Assembly: GCA_965224515.1 (NCBI GenBank)
Contig: OZ245051.1
Coordinates: 3,098,267 to 3,162,266, forward strand
Direction of reading: 5' to 3'
Source: Sedimenticolaceae bacterium
GTDB taxonomy: Bacteria; Pseudomonadota; Gammaproteobacteria; Chromatiales; Chromatiaceae
DNA: 64,000 nucleotides
A program made the translations under genes and the position numbers. The notes beneath the pieces are model-generated. The model was not told the DNA's origin. It did no database searches and saw only the letters and a list, made by a program, of their open reading frames with translations. Of this stretch, positions 52,605 to 61,773 are shown one piece after another; within the stretch, counting starts at the first letter, position 1; each line of letters begins with the position of its first letter.

Positions 52605-53459
52605 ATGGAGCAGAACAGGGCACTCTTCGTGCTGATAAATGGAAAACCAGAAAACCGGATCTCAGCCCTTGACCGGGGTCTACACTACGGCGATGGCTTG
52701 TTTGAGACCATCAGCGTCATAAATTCCAATCCCTGTCTCTGGCAGAATCATATCAGTCGCCTTCTGCATGGCTGTGCCCGACTCAATATTCCCGCGCCCG
52801 ATCCCGGCCAACTGCTTGCAGAGTGCAGGTCAGTATCTGAATCAAACGAACGATGCGTGGTAAAAATAATTGTGACGCGTGGTGAAGGGGGCAGTGGCTA
52901 TCTACCTCCTCAATCCGCCACACCTCAGCGTATTGTTTACAGCATGCCCTGGCCTGAGCGGCCCCACTCCTGGTGGGAGAAGGGCGTAAAAACACGCATC
53001 TGTTCCACCCGCTTGGGTTCCATGCCTGCGCTGGCGGGTATGAAGCACCTGAACAGGCTGCCCCATGTGATGGCGCGTGCCGAATGGAGCGATCCCGATA
53101 TTGCCGAAGGCGTGATGCTGGATGCTCATGACCGGGTAATAGAAGGCACAATGAGCAACATCTTCATGTGCAAGGATGGAAGCCTGTATACCCCTGACCT
53201 TAGTGAAAACGGTGTGGCTGGCGTTATGCAGGGCGTGGTTGCAGAAGTGGCCAACGAACTCAACATACCCTTGCATATAACGGATATCACTCCTGATATG
53301 CTTCGCCAATCCGATGGGGTGTTCCTGACAAACTCCGTTATCGGTATCTGGCCGGTCAATGAAGTGGCGGGCAGAATGTTTGATCCCCTTGCCATTGACC
53401 AGGAACTGGTCGTGCAGGTGATGGAGCGGGGCTTTTCAGGCCATGATCAACAGCTTTAA
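52605..53459 (+). CDS. pabC: Aminodeoxychorismate lyase
   Basis: 284 aa class IV aminotransferase fold (LDRGLHYGDGLFET). Conserved position after fabF. Confidence 0.85.
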   Translation: MEQNRALFVLINGKPENRISALDRGLHYGDGLFETISVINSNPCLWQNHISRLLHGCARLNIPAPDPGQLLAECRSVSESNERCVVKIIVTRGEGGSGYLPPQSATPQRIVYSMPWPERPHSWWEKGVKTRICSTRLGSMPALAGMKHLNRLPHVMARAEWSDPDIAEGVMLDAHDRVIEGTMSNIFMCKDGSLYTPDLSENGVAGVMQGVVAEVANELNIPLHITDITPDMLRQSDGVFLTNSVIGIWPVNEVAGRMFDPLAIDQELVVQVMERGFSGHDQQL

Positions 53460-53480
53460 CTTGAATAACGATTGAAAACG

Positions 53481-54479
53481 ATGCTACACCGCCTTATCGG
53501 GATTTTAGTCATTCTCGTCAGTTTTGCCGCGGCTTGGCTGATGATGGATTACAGACAGTTCACCAATACGCCACTGGCTCTTCCGTCAGAGGGGGTTGTC
53601 TATATCCTTGAACCTGGTTCCACCTTTAAGGGACTGGCCAACGAGTTGGCGCAGAAAGGCTGGCTCAGCAGCCCAGTATACCTGAGGGTCATGGCCCGCT
53701 TGGATGGCAGCTCGGCGAAGATCAAGGCCGGTGAATACCGTATCGCCCATGGCACCACACCGTCGGCACTTCTGACGCTGCTGGTTTCAGGAAAAGTAAC
53801 CCACTACTCCATGACCCTGGTAGAGGGTTGGAGCTTTCGCCAGATGCTGGGCGCCATTCAGAGCAACAAGAACATTAAGCACACCCTTGAAGGCCTTACA
53901 GACGCAGAGATAATGAAACGCCTTGGCCACGAGGGGGAGCACCCCGAAGGACGCTTCCTCCCGGATACCTACCACTTCCCCCGGGGAACCACGGATATCG
54001 ACTTCCTCAAGCGCGCCTACAAGGCGATGGAGAAGACGCTGCAGAAGGAGTGGTCCCAGCGTGAGGAGAATCTGCCACTGAAAAGTGCCTACGAAGCCCT
54101 GATTCTCGCCTCGATTATCGAAAAAGAGACCGGCCTGGCGAGCGAGCGGCCTGAAATTGCCGGTGTATTTATCAGGCGTTTGAACAAGGGAATGAAACTG
54201 CAGACCGACCCGACAGTGATCTATGGCATGGGCGAGACCTTTGACGGCAATATCAGGCGTCGTGACCTGAGAAAGGACACACCCTATAACACCTATGTGC
54301 ATAAAGGGCTGACCCCGACACCGATCAGTCTTCCCGGGGCAGATGCCATTCATGCAGCACTGCATCCAGCCAAGGGAAAGAGCCTCTATTTTGTGGCCTC
54401 GGGCAATGGCGGGCACAAATTCTCCAATACGCTGAAAGAGCACAACGCAGCGGTTAGAAAGTACCAGCTGAAGAGATAA
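53481..54479 (+). CDS. mltG: Endolytic murein transglycosylase
   Basis: YceG family with an N-terminal TM and the motif ASIIEKET. An alternative TTG start lies at 53472. Confidence 0.9.
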   Translation: MLHRLIGILVILVSFAAAWLMMDYRQFTNTPLALPSEGVVYILEPGSTFKGLANELAQKGWLSSPVYLRVMARLDGSSAKIKAGEYRIAHGTTPSALLTLLVSGKVTHYSMTLVEGWSFRQMLGAIQSNKNIKHTLEGLTDAEIMKRLGHEGEHPEGRFLPDTYHFPRGTTDIDFLKRAYKAMEKTLQKEWSQREENLPLKSAYEALILASIIEKETGLASERPEIAGVFIRRLNKGMKLQTDPTVIYGMGETFDGNIRRRDLRKDTPYNTYVHKGLTPTPISLPGADAIHAALHPAKGKSLYFVASGNGGHKFSNTLKEHNAAVRKYQLKR

Positions 54480-54494
54480 CCAGAAGAAGAACCG

Positions 54495-55127
54495 ATGACT
54501 GAAAGACGTGGAATGTTCATAACTGTGGAAGGTGGCGAGGGCGCCGGCAAGAGCACCAATCTCGCCTACATCCAGCAGTTGCTGGAGGAGAGCGGGGTAG
54601 AGGTACTGTTCACCCGCGAACCTGGTGGTACTGAACTGGGTGAAGAGGTGCGTGATCTTCTGCTTGGCCACAAACACACAGGCATGGGTGAAGACACCGA
54701 ACTTCTCCTCATGTTTGGTGCCAGGGCCGAACACCTGAAGAGAAAGATCCTGCCAGCCCTGGAAAAGGGGCAGTGGGTGCTCTGTGATCGCTTCACAGAT
54801 GCCTCCTACGCCTACCAGGGTGGTGGCCGCGGCATCAGTTGGGAACGCATCTCAGCTCTTGAAAGCTGGGTACAGGGCGAGCTCAGGCCGGATCTGACGC
54901 TGCTGCTGGACCTGCCGGTGGACCAGGGCCTGAAACGGGCAGGGGAGCGGTCGGAGCCCGACCGTTTCGAGAGTGAAGCCCAGCACTTTTTCGACAGGGT
55001 ACGCTCCGCCTACCTGCGAATTGCCGAACAGCAACCCGCCCGTGTTAGAGTTATCGATGCCTCGCTGGAGCTGGATAAGGTGCAGGCGCAGATCAGGTCT
55101 GCGGTGGAGGAGTTTCTGAACCGATGA
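54495..55127 (+). CDS. tmk: Thymidylate kinase
   Basis: 210 aa with P-loop EGGEGAGKST. Confidence 0.95.
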   Translation: MTERRGMFITVEGGEGAGKSTNLAYIQQLLEESGVEVLFTREPGGTELGEEVRDLLLGHKHTGMGEDTELLLMFGARAEHLKRKILPALEKGQWVLCDRFTDASYAYQGGGRGISWERISALESWVQGELRPDLTLLLDLPVDQGLKRAGERSEPDRFESEAQHFFDRVRSAYLRIAEQQPARVRVIDASLELDKVQAQIRSAVEEFLNR

Positions 55128-56128
55128 GCGGTATTGAGCTGACTGAAGATGCCGGAATGGTGTTTCCCTGGCACCAGGCAATCTGGGAGCGCCTGCAGGA
55201 TGCCCACGCCAGGGGCAGACTGCCCCATGCCTTGCTGCTTACCGGGCCAGAAGGTGTCGGCAAGCAACAGTTTGCCAAGCGTCTCGCCAAGTCACTGTTG
55301 TGCGGAAACAGAACACCCGATGGGGAGGCCTGTGGCGCCTGCCAGGGCTGCCACCTGATTCAGGCTGGCACTCACCCGGATTTCACCAGAATTGAGCCTG
55401 AAGAGGCTGGCAAGGCCATACGCATCGATACGGTACGCGCCTTCACGGACAAAGAGGGCTTCACCTCCCAGGCCGGCGGTTACAAAGTGACCATCATTGA
55501 ACCCGCGGATGCACTGAACGTGGCTGCGGCCAACAGCCTGCTGAAAACCCTGGAGGAGCCGGTACCCTGGACCGTGATGATGCTGATCACATCCAAGCCG
55601 GGGCGCCTGCCTGCCACCATAAGAAGCCGCTGTCAGCAGGTGATGTTTTCCACCCCGGAGAGAAGTTCAGCCCAGCATTGGCTGGATGCCCAGGGAGTAA
55701 AAAATTCCCAACTGCTACTGGACCTGGCATCTGGAGCCCCCATCAAGGCACTACAGCTCTCTGATGCCGAGACTCTGGACTCCCGCAGCGCTTTACTGGA
55801 TGACTTTTTCGGCATTCACGCCAAGAAGCTCGACCCGGTCCTGGTAGCGACCCGTTGGAGCAAGCTGGATATGAGCCAGGTACTTCCCTGGATGTGCGGT
55901 TGGGTAATCGATATTCTACGGCTCAAGACAACAGCTTCTCCGCCGAACCTGATAAATTCTGATCAGAAGGAACGCTTGCAAGGTCTGGCTGGGGAGTTAG
56001 AATTGAAAATGCTCTACCAGCTTCTTGATGCCGTGTACCAGTCGGTTCGCAGCCTGGGTACACAGCTCAATGCACAGATGATGCTGGAGAAGCTTTTACT
56101 TAACTGGGCAGCATGCGCCCGGAAATAA
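55124..56128 (+). CDS. holB: DNA polymerase III delta-prime subunit
   Basis: 334 aa with HALLLTGPEGVGK and zinc module CGACQGCHL. Confidence 0.9.
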   Translation: MSGIELTEDAGMVFPWHQAIWERLQDAHARGRLPHALLLTGPEGVGKQQFAKRLAKSLLCGNRTPDGEACGACQGCHLIQAGTHPDFTRIEPEEAGKAIRIDTVRAFTDKEGFTSQAGGYKVTIIEPADALNVAAANSLLKTLEEPVPWTVMMLITSKPGRLPATIRSRCQQVMFSTPERSSAQHWLDAQGVKNSQLLLDLASGAPIKALQLSDAETLDSRSALLDDFFGIHAKKLDPVLVATRWSKLDMSQVLPWMCGWVIDILRLKTTASPPNLINSDQKERLQGLAGELELKMLYQLLDAVYQSVRSLGTQLNAQMMLEKLLLNWAACARK

Positions 56129-56146
56129 ATGGAATCTGAATAACAG

Positions 56147-56497
56147 ATGGCTACACCCGCAGGCAGACAGGGCATCCTGTCGCTGACAATCAAAGACAAG
56201 AACGCACTGTATGCGGCCTACATGCAGTTTGTGCACAATGGCGGCCTGTTCATTCCCACCAACAAGAAGTACAAGCTCGGTGACGAGGTCTTCATGTTGC
56301 TGACCCTGATGGACGAGACAGAACGCATACCTGTTGCAGGCAAGATCATCTGGATCACCCCCCTGGGTTCCGAAGGGAACAGGGCGGCCGGCATAGGTGT
56401 ACAGTTCAGCGACCAGGATGGCGGAATGGCACGTAACAAGATCGAGACCTACCTGGCAGGTGCTTTGAAGTCTGAGCGCCCAACCCACACCATGTGA
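56147..56497 (+). CDS. pilZ: Type IV pilus assembly PilZ-domain protein
   Basis: 116 aa. Position between holB and tatD as in Pseudomonas/Xanthomonas. Confidence 0.8.
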   Translation: MATPAGRQGILSLTIKDKNALYAAYMQFVHNGGLFIPTNKKYKLGDEVFMLLTLMDETERIPVAGKIIWITPLGSEGNRAAGIGVQFSDQDGGMARNKIETYLAGALKSERPTHTM

Positions 56498-56514
56498 TGG
56501 GGCCCGGGCTGCCC

Positions 56515-56703
56515 ATGAAAGCAGTACTCATGATCCTGTTGATTTTCATGCTTGCCGGTTGTGGGTCTGCTGTATCGCCACCTTTTTTCAACTACCAGGA
56601 CTGCAAGAAGCAGATGACCAGCAAGTACCTGGCGAAGGGTGATTCAGAGACCAAGGCAACAATGGAAGCCCGTGCTTACTGCCGCGAGCTTTACAATCAG
56701 TAG
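56515..56703 (+). CDS. Small lipoprotein, unknown function
   Basis: ORF 56494..56703 trimmed to MKAVLMILLIFMLAGC (lipobox LAGC). Two further Cys residues in the mature part. Confidence 0.5.
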   Translation: MKAVLMILLIFMLAGCGSAVSPPFFNYQDCKKQMTSKYLAKGDSETKATMEARAYCRELYNQ

Positions 56704-56752
56704 TCATCAATCCCGGTACTGTTCAACAGAACTCTAATCTCAAGGTTTACCC

Positions 56753-57535
56753 GTGCTAGTAGATTCACATTGCCACCTGGATCGTCTCGATCTTTCCCAC
56801 TTCGACAACAGTTTCGATCAGCTGATGGAGAAAACCGCAGAAGCGGGGGTTGATCACATTCTCTGTGTATCCATAGATCTTGAAAGTTATCCGGCGATGC
56901 TCCAGTTGGTGGAGTCCTATGCAAACGTTTCAGTATCCGTGGGAGTTCATCCCAACGATTTTGACCGCAGAGAGCCTGAACCGGAAGAGCTGGTTGAACT
57001 GGCCAGGCACCCGAAAAACGTTGCCATAGGTGAAACCGGCCTGGATTATTTCAGAAGCGAAGGTGATCTGGAGTGGCAACGCAAGCGCTTCCGCCGCCAT
57101 ATCCAGGCCGCCCGTTTGAGCAACAAACCCCTGATCATCCACACCCGGGCTGCCAGGGAAGATACGATCAGCATCATGCACGAAGAGCAGGCGAGGGAAG
57201 CCGGCGGTGTAATGCACTGTTTCACCGAAGACTGGGAGATGGCTAAAAAAGCCCTGGACCTGGGTTTCTATATATCCTTCTCAGGCATCATCACCTTCAA
57301 GAATGCCGCTGACCTGCGAGAGGTGGTTCAGAAGGTCCCGGACGACCGCATCCTGATCGAAACAGATGCACCATACCTCGCCCCTGTGCCCCATCGAGGT
57401 AAACCCAACCTGCCGGGCTATGTTACCCACGTCGCCGATTGTGTTGCCGAATTAAAGGGGATGGACCGGGACGCCGTGGCAGAGTTGACGGCTAACAACT
57501 TCAAATCCCTGTTTTCATCATCGTTATTTGATTAA
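56753..57535 (+). CDS. TatD-family metal-dependent hydrolase (YcfH-like)
   Basis: 260 aa with a GTG start and the motifs VDSHCHLD, GETGLDY and ETDAPYL. Confidence 0.9.
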   Translation: MLVDSHCHLDRLDLSHFDNSFDQLMEKTAEAGVDHILCVSIDLESYPAMLQLVESYANVSVSVGVHPNDFDRREPEPEELVELARHPKNVAIGETGLDYFRSEGDLEWQRKRFRRHIQAARLSNKPLIIHTRAAREDTISIMHEEQAREAGGVMHCFTEDWEMAKKALDLGFYISFSGIITFKNAADLREVVQKVPDDRILIETDAPYLAPVPHRGKPNLPGYVTHVADCVAELKGMDRDAVAELTANNFKSLFSSSLFD

Positions 57536-57715
57536 CATCTGTTGATCAGAGGCTCTCCCGGGAGCCCGACCGGGCATTTAACGGTATCGTTCATACCGCT
57601 AGTAAAATAATCCGTTGGTTGAGGATTGCAGGGAAGCCCAGACTTGTCATTGGCAGTTATAGCCGTTTTATGTACCGGAGTTGTCTTTTAGCCGAAGTAC
57701 AAAGGCGGTTCAGTA

Positions 57716-58963
57716 ATGAAAGCAGTCCAGATCCTCCTCCTCTTCTCAGGCTTGGTTGCGATTCTCGTACTTCTGAATATTCAGGAAAACAGTGCCATAC
57801 TCGGCATCAGCGTTTATGGCGCGATTGCCATCACCTATATCCTGTTCAAGCTTCTCGCATCCACCTGGTATAAACCGTTCACCGGGGAAGCGCCTGCTGG
57901 GCTATCAGTGGCTGCAGTAGTGCCGGTACATAATGAAGAACCCGAACTGTTTCGCGCATCTTTGGAAAGTATTCTTACCCAGACCAGGGAGGTTCAAGAG
58001 ATTTGGGTTGTTGATGACGGCTCTGAATACACAGACTGTTATGAAATAGCCAGGGAACGACTGAATAGTCATCCAGCTGCACATGTTATCCGTTTCACTC
58101 AAAACCGGGGCAAACGACACGCACAGGCTGAGGCTTTCCGGCAGTCTACAGCCGATATCTTCTTAACCTGCGATTCCGATACGGTTCTGGACATGGATGC
58201 GGTGGCAGAGGGTCTAAAGGCCTTCTCCGATCCTGCAGTAAAGGTCGTTACTGCAAATATCAGGGCATTGAACCGAAATGATAATATCCTCACCAGGCTG
58301 ATAGATCTCCGCTACCAGAACGCATTTCAACATGAGCGGTCCGCCTATAGCGTATTCGGATCTGTCTTGTGCGCAACCGGTGTGCTGTCGTTCTATCGTG
58401 CAGAGGTCATACGGCAGAATTTACACCGCTACCTGAACCAGCGCTTTTTAGGTGTGGAGGTCAAGGCGGGGGACGACAGAAGGCTGACAAACTACTGCCT
58501 TGGTCAAGGCAAGTCGGTGATCCAGCTCAGCTCGAAAGCACAGACCGCCGTTCCAAAAACCGTTGGTAAATTCCTGCAACAGCAGATCAGGTGGAACCAG
58601 TCTTTTTTCCGGGAATCCCTTTATGTACTCTCTCATTTCAGCTCGAAAAAAGTGGCCTGGTGGCTGACACTCTCCGAAATGGGGCTATGGTTGATCTTCG
58701 GGCTGTTGATTTTGGTGGCACTGGTTATAGCGCCCCTCGCCGGAGGTAAGCTGTTGAGTATCTATTACCTCTCTTACATCTCCCTAATGGCCTATATACG
58801 AAATATTCAAACCATAAGGGAGCAAAAGTGGGTGTTTCTGTTAACCCCCGTTTATGCCCTGGTGCACATCATTCTCCTGATACCGCTCAGGTTTTATAGT
58901 CTGGCGACCATAAGGAACAACTCCTGGCGGACCAGAAGTGCAACATCTCTTGATAACGCCTGA
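57716..58963 (+). CDS. Class I hyaluronan synthase (HasA)-like processive GT2 membrane glycosyltransferase
   Basis: 415 aa. End-to-end collinear with my recollection of S. pyogenes HasA. Shared motifs are VYGAIAITY..KPF, NRGKRHAQAEAF, CDSDT, GDDRRLTNY, QQIRWNQSFFRES and C-terminal LATIRNNSWRTR. Confidence 0.75.
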   Translation: MKAVQILLLFSGLVAILVLLNIQENSAILGISVYGAIAITYILFKLLASTWYKPFTGEAPAGLSVAAVVPVHNEEPELFRASLESILTQTREVQEIWVVDDGSEYTDCYEIARERLNSHPAAHVIRFTQNRGKRHAQAEAFRQSTADIFLTCDSDTVLDMDAVAEGLKAFSDPAVKVVTANIRALNRNDNILTRLIDLRYQNAFQHERSAYSVFGSVLCATGVLSFYRAEVIRQNLHRYLNQRFLGVEVKAGDDRRLTNYCLGQGKSVIQLSSKAQTAVPKTVGKFLQQQIRWNQSFFRESLYVLSHFSSKKVAWWLTLSEMGLWLIFGLLILVALVIAPLAGGKLLSIYYLSYISLMAYIRNIQTIREQKWVFLLTPVYALVHIILLIPLRFYSLATIRNNSWRTRSATSLDNA

Positions 58964-59003
58964 GCGCCTTCAGATTATCAGTGAACAATCTTGCAAGGCT
59001 TGA

Positions 59004-60632
59004 TCAATCCTGATTCTTTTTCTTTGAGTTCTGTTCCGAATCCTGGTTTTCCGTGTTCTTTTTCTTATCCTGTTTCGATCTCTTCTCCAGAATCAGAGAG
59101 ACCGAGTGGGCAGACTTACAGGGTGAGGGATTGACCGGCCTTTCATCATCCAGCGCCTCGCTGAAGCGCTCGCAGACCGTCTTCAGCACCTCGATGCGGG
59201 CAAACGGCTTGTTGTCGCCGGGTATCAGGTACCAGGGGGCATACTCTGTGCTGGTGCGGATCACCATCTCGTTGACGGCGTATTTGTACTCAGCCGACTT
59301 TTCGCGGTTCCGCCAGTCTTCATCAGTAATCTTATGCTGCTTGTAGGCGACCTCTTCACGCTCCTTGAAACGACGAAGCTGTTCATCAGGGCTGATATGG
59401 AGCCAGAACTTGAGAAGGATGATTCCATTCTCCACCAGCTGTTCTTCGAATTCGTTGATTTCCGAGTATGAGCGTCGCCACTCGTTCTCGGTGGCAAAGC
59501 CCTCAACCCGTTCGACGAGTACCCGGCCGTACCAGGAGCGGTCATAGACCGACAACCGGCCACTGCGGGGAATATGGCGCCAGAAACGCCAGAGGTAGTG
59601 GTGAGCCTTCTCTTCATCCGTGGGCGCTGCAACCTGAATGGTGCGGTAAAGGCGCGAATCAATGGCGTTGGTGACCCGGCGTATGGCACCGCCCTTGCCA
59701 CCGGCATCTGCACCTTCAAACACCAGTACGCAGGAGCGCTTCTTCTGATAGGCGCTCCAGGCCAGTTTGTTCAGTTCACCCTGTAGCCTCTCAAGCTCAG
59801 CCTTGTAGATCTTTTTCTCCAGGGATTGCGTAAGGTCCACGTGATCGAGAACGGTAACCATGGCCTCCGCATCATTGGGAAGGCTTGGCGCATGGGATAC
59901 ACTGCTGACACTGGAGACGTAGGGGGATTCAAGGCGGCTGCGGATTGACTGGAGCAGGGTACGCCCAACGGTCAGGTCGCGATAGCGCTGGTCAGTGGCC
60001 TCGATCAGGTACCAGGGGGCAATACCTGAGTCCGTATGGCGGATAATGCGCTCTGAAATACGTTCGAACTGCTCGTAATGCTCAGAAAACTTCCCCTTCT
60101 TCGGGTTCATCTTCCAGCGGCTCTTGTCATCACGTTCAAGACTCTTCAGGCGGCTTTTCTGCTCATTCTTTGGCAGGTGGAACCAGAACTTGATGATCAG
60201 GGCCCCATCTTCAGTCAGCATGCGCTCAAAGTCTGCAATGCGGTTGAGCTCGGCGTCCATGTCAGCATCGCTGCAGTTGTTGTTCATGCGGTGCATGATG
60301 GGGTCCATGTACCAGGCACCGAAGAGAATGGACATCTCGCCGCGAGGTGCCAGGGAGCGCCAGAATTTCCAGTAGCGCGGTCGTTCATGCTCTTCGTCAC
60401 TCTGGTCCCAGAAGGCGAAGGTCTGCATGCCGCGGGTATCCAGCCACTCATTAAGGCGGTTTACCACTTCGCCCTTGCCGGCACCCTCAACACCGGAAAT
60501 TATAATGATTACGGGGGTGTCGCTGCCCTGCAGATCACGTTGTACTTCAAGCAGTTGGGCCCGTAGCTCCGGTACCTGTTCCTTGTACGAGCTCTTACTG
60601 ACCTTGCGTCCCAGTTTTGCCGCTTCGAACAT
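59004..60632 (-). CDS. Two-domain PPK2 (polyphosphate:AMP phosphotransferase-like)
   Basis: 542 aa with two tandem PPK2 domains, each with a Walker-A-like motif (GVEGAGKG, GADAGGKG). Lys-rich C-terminal tail. Confidence 0.85.
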   Translation of the reverse strand: MFEAAKLGRKVSKSSYKEQVPELRAQLLEVQRDLQGSDTPVIIIISGVEGAGKGEVVNRLNEWLDTRGMQTFAFWDQSDEEHERPRYWKFWRSLAPRGEMSILFGAWYMDPIMHRMNNNCSDADMDAELNRIADFERMLTEDGALIIKFWFHLPKNEQKSRLKSLERDDKSRWKMNPKKGKFSEHYEQFERISERIIRHTDSGIAPWYLIEATDQRYRDLTVGRTLLQSIRSRLESPYVSSVSSVSHAPSLPNDAEAMVTVLDHVDLTQSLEKKIYKAELERLQGELNKLAWSAYQKKRSCVLVFEGADAGGKGGAIRRVTNAIDSRLYRTIQVAAPTDEEKAHHYLWRFWRHIPRSGRLSVYDRSWYGRVLVERVEGFATENEWRRSYSEINEFEEQLVENGIILLKFWLHISPDEQLRRFKEREEVAYKQHKITDEDWRNREKSAEYKYAVNEMVIRTSTEYAPWYLIPGDNKPFARIEVLKTVCERFSEALDDERPVNPSPCKSAHSVSLILEKRSKQDKKKNTENQDSEQNSKKKNQD

Positions 60633-60688
60633 GGCCTTCCTCCCACCTGATAGTTGTTATATTTGACTCTTTATGGTGACGAATATCC

Positions 60689-61108
60689 CTATTTTAGCTC
60701 AGGTAGCACTCTCGGTTTCGAGTTTTCATCCACCGCCACGTAGGTGATCGACGCCTCGGCAATCAAATGATCAGAGCCTGGGTCACGATCCCGCTGTGCG
60801 TAGACCTCAACCTTGGAGCGGATCGAGGTGCGTCCGCGCCGCTCCACCTCCGCATAGCAGGAGACCAGGTCTCCCACGTAGGCCGGGGCAATAAACTGGA
60901 ACTCGTTCACCGCCACGGTCACCACCCGACCCTGGGCTACCTGAACAGCAATGATGCTGCCCGCCACATCCGCCTGGGACATGATCCAGCCGCCGAAGAT
61001 ATCGCCGGCCGGATTGGTATCCGCAGGCATGGCCAGAACACGAATGGCCAACTGGCGTTCACCGGGATTGGGATTGGGTTTGGAGGAGGGGGTTTCACTC
61101 ATAATCAT
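60689..61108 (-). CDS. yciA: Acyl-CoA thioesterase (YciA-like hotdog fold)
   Basis: 139 aa. ANPAGDIFGGWIMSQADVAG. Confidence 0.8.
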   Translation of the reverse strand: MIMSETPSSKPNPNPGERQLAIRVLAMPADTNPAGDIFGGWIMSQADVAGSIIAVQVAQGRVVTVAVNEFQFIAPAYVGDLVSCYAEVERRGRTSIRSKVEVYAQRDRDPGSDHLIAEASITYVAVDENSKPRVLPELK

Positions 61109-61329
61109 TTCCGTTTACATCAATAGGATTGACCTGAGGTTAACGGAAAAGCGCCCCTGCTTGAAGGGCCATAAACTGACAAAATAACAGGTAATCCAGT
61201 TCAACATTTGGGGCTAGACCGCGGTTTCTATCAAGCTTTATAAGCACTTAACAGATAGTACAACAGCACTCGTTCCTCGCTCGAACACCCTAGAGTGTGT
61301 CTGTTAAACGGGCTTTATGTGTAAAATGG

Positions 61330-61590
61330 ATGGCAGGCAAGAACAAGAGAATTGAAATTGTGTCAAACCCCCTGGATAAACTTCCGCCAATTCTAAAGCA
61401 TGATCTGGATAGAAACCTGTGTGTCTGCAATGAAGTTGTCAAAATGGACGTCATCAATGCCATTGCGAATGGGGCCACAACCTTGGAGCAGGTCAGGGAA
61501 GAGACCTTTGCCACTGATGGCAATGGCTGCTGTAAACGACAGGTGAGCCGCTTAATTGAGTGTATTTACACTCCCAAGGCGGATAAGTAG
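61330..61590 (+). CDS. BFD-like [2Fe-2S]-binding domain protein
   Basis: ORF trimmed to the ATG at 61330. CVCNEV...ATTLEQVREET.A.DGNGCC pattern resembles the BFD-like domain. Confidence 0.5.
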   Translation: MAGKNKRIEIVSNPLDKLPPILKHDLDRNLCVCNEVVKMDVINAIANGATTLEQVREETFATDGNGCCKRQVSRLIECIYTPKADK

Positions 61591-61773
61591 CCACTTCGCC
61601 TCGGTTACTGAATACGAAAAAATAGCCACCAGACCTCGTTCCCCCTGGAATCCGCCGGCATGGCCGGAATACGGATGGCTCGCTGGCGTATACCGGGATC
61701 GGGTTTGGAGATGTTGGTTATCCCGGCTTTGTACGAATGGTGGCATAATCTCTCGTCTCAAATTGTTTGTCCC

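Noticed and set aside
56147-58963. A functional link between the PilZ-domain gene and the HasA-like synthase, i.e. a c-di-GMP-controlled exopolysaccharide system.
   Set aside because: The PilZ gene sits in the conserved holB-pilZ-tatD arrangement of type IV pilus PilZ proteins. Two unrelated genes and a 180-bp gap separate it from the synthase. The synthase itself has no PilZ domain.
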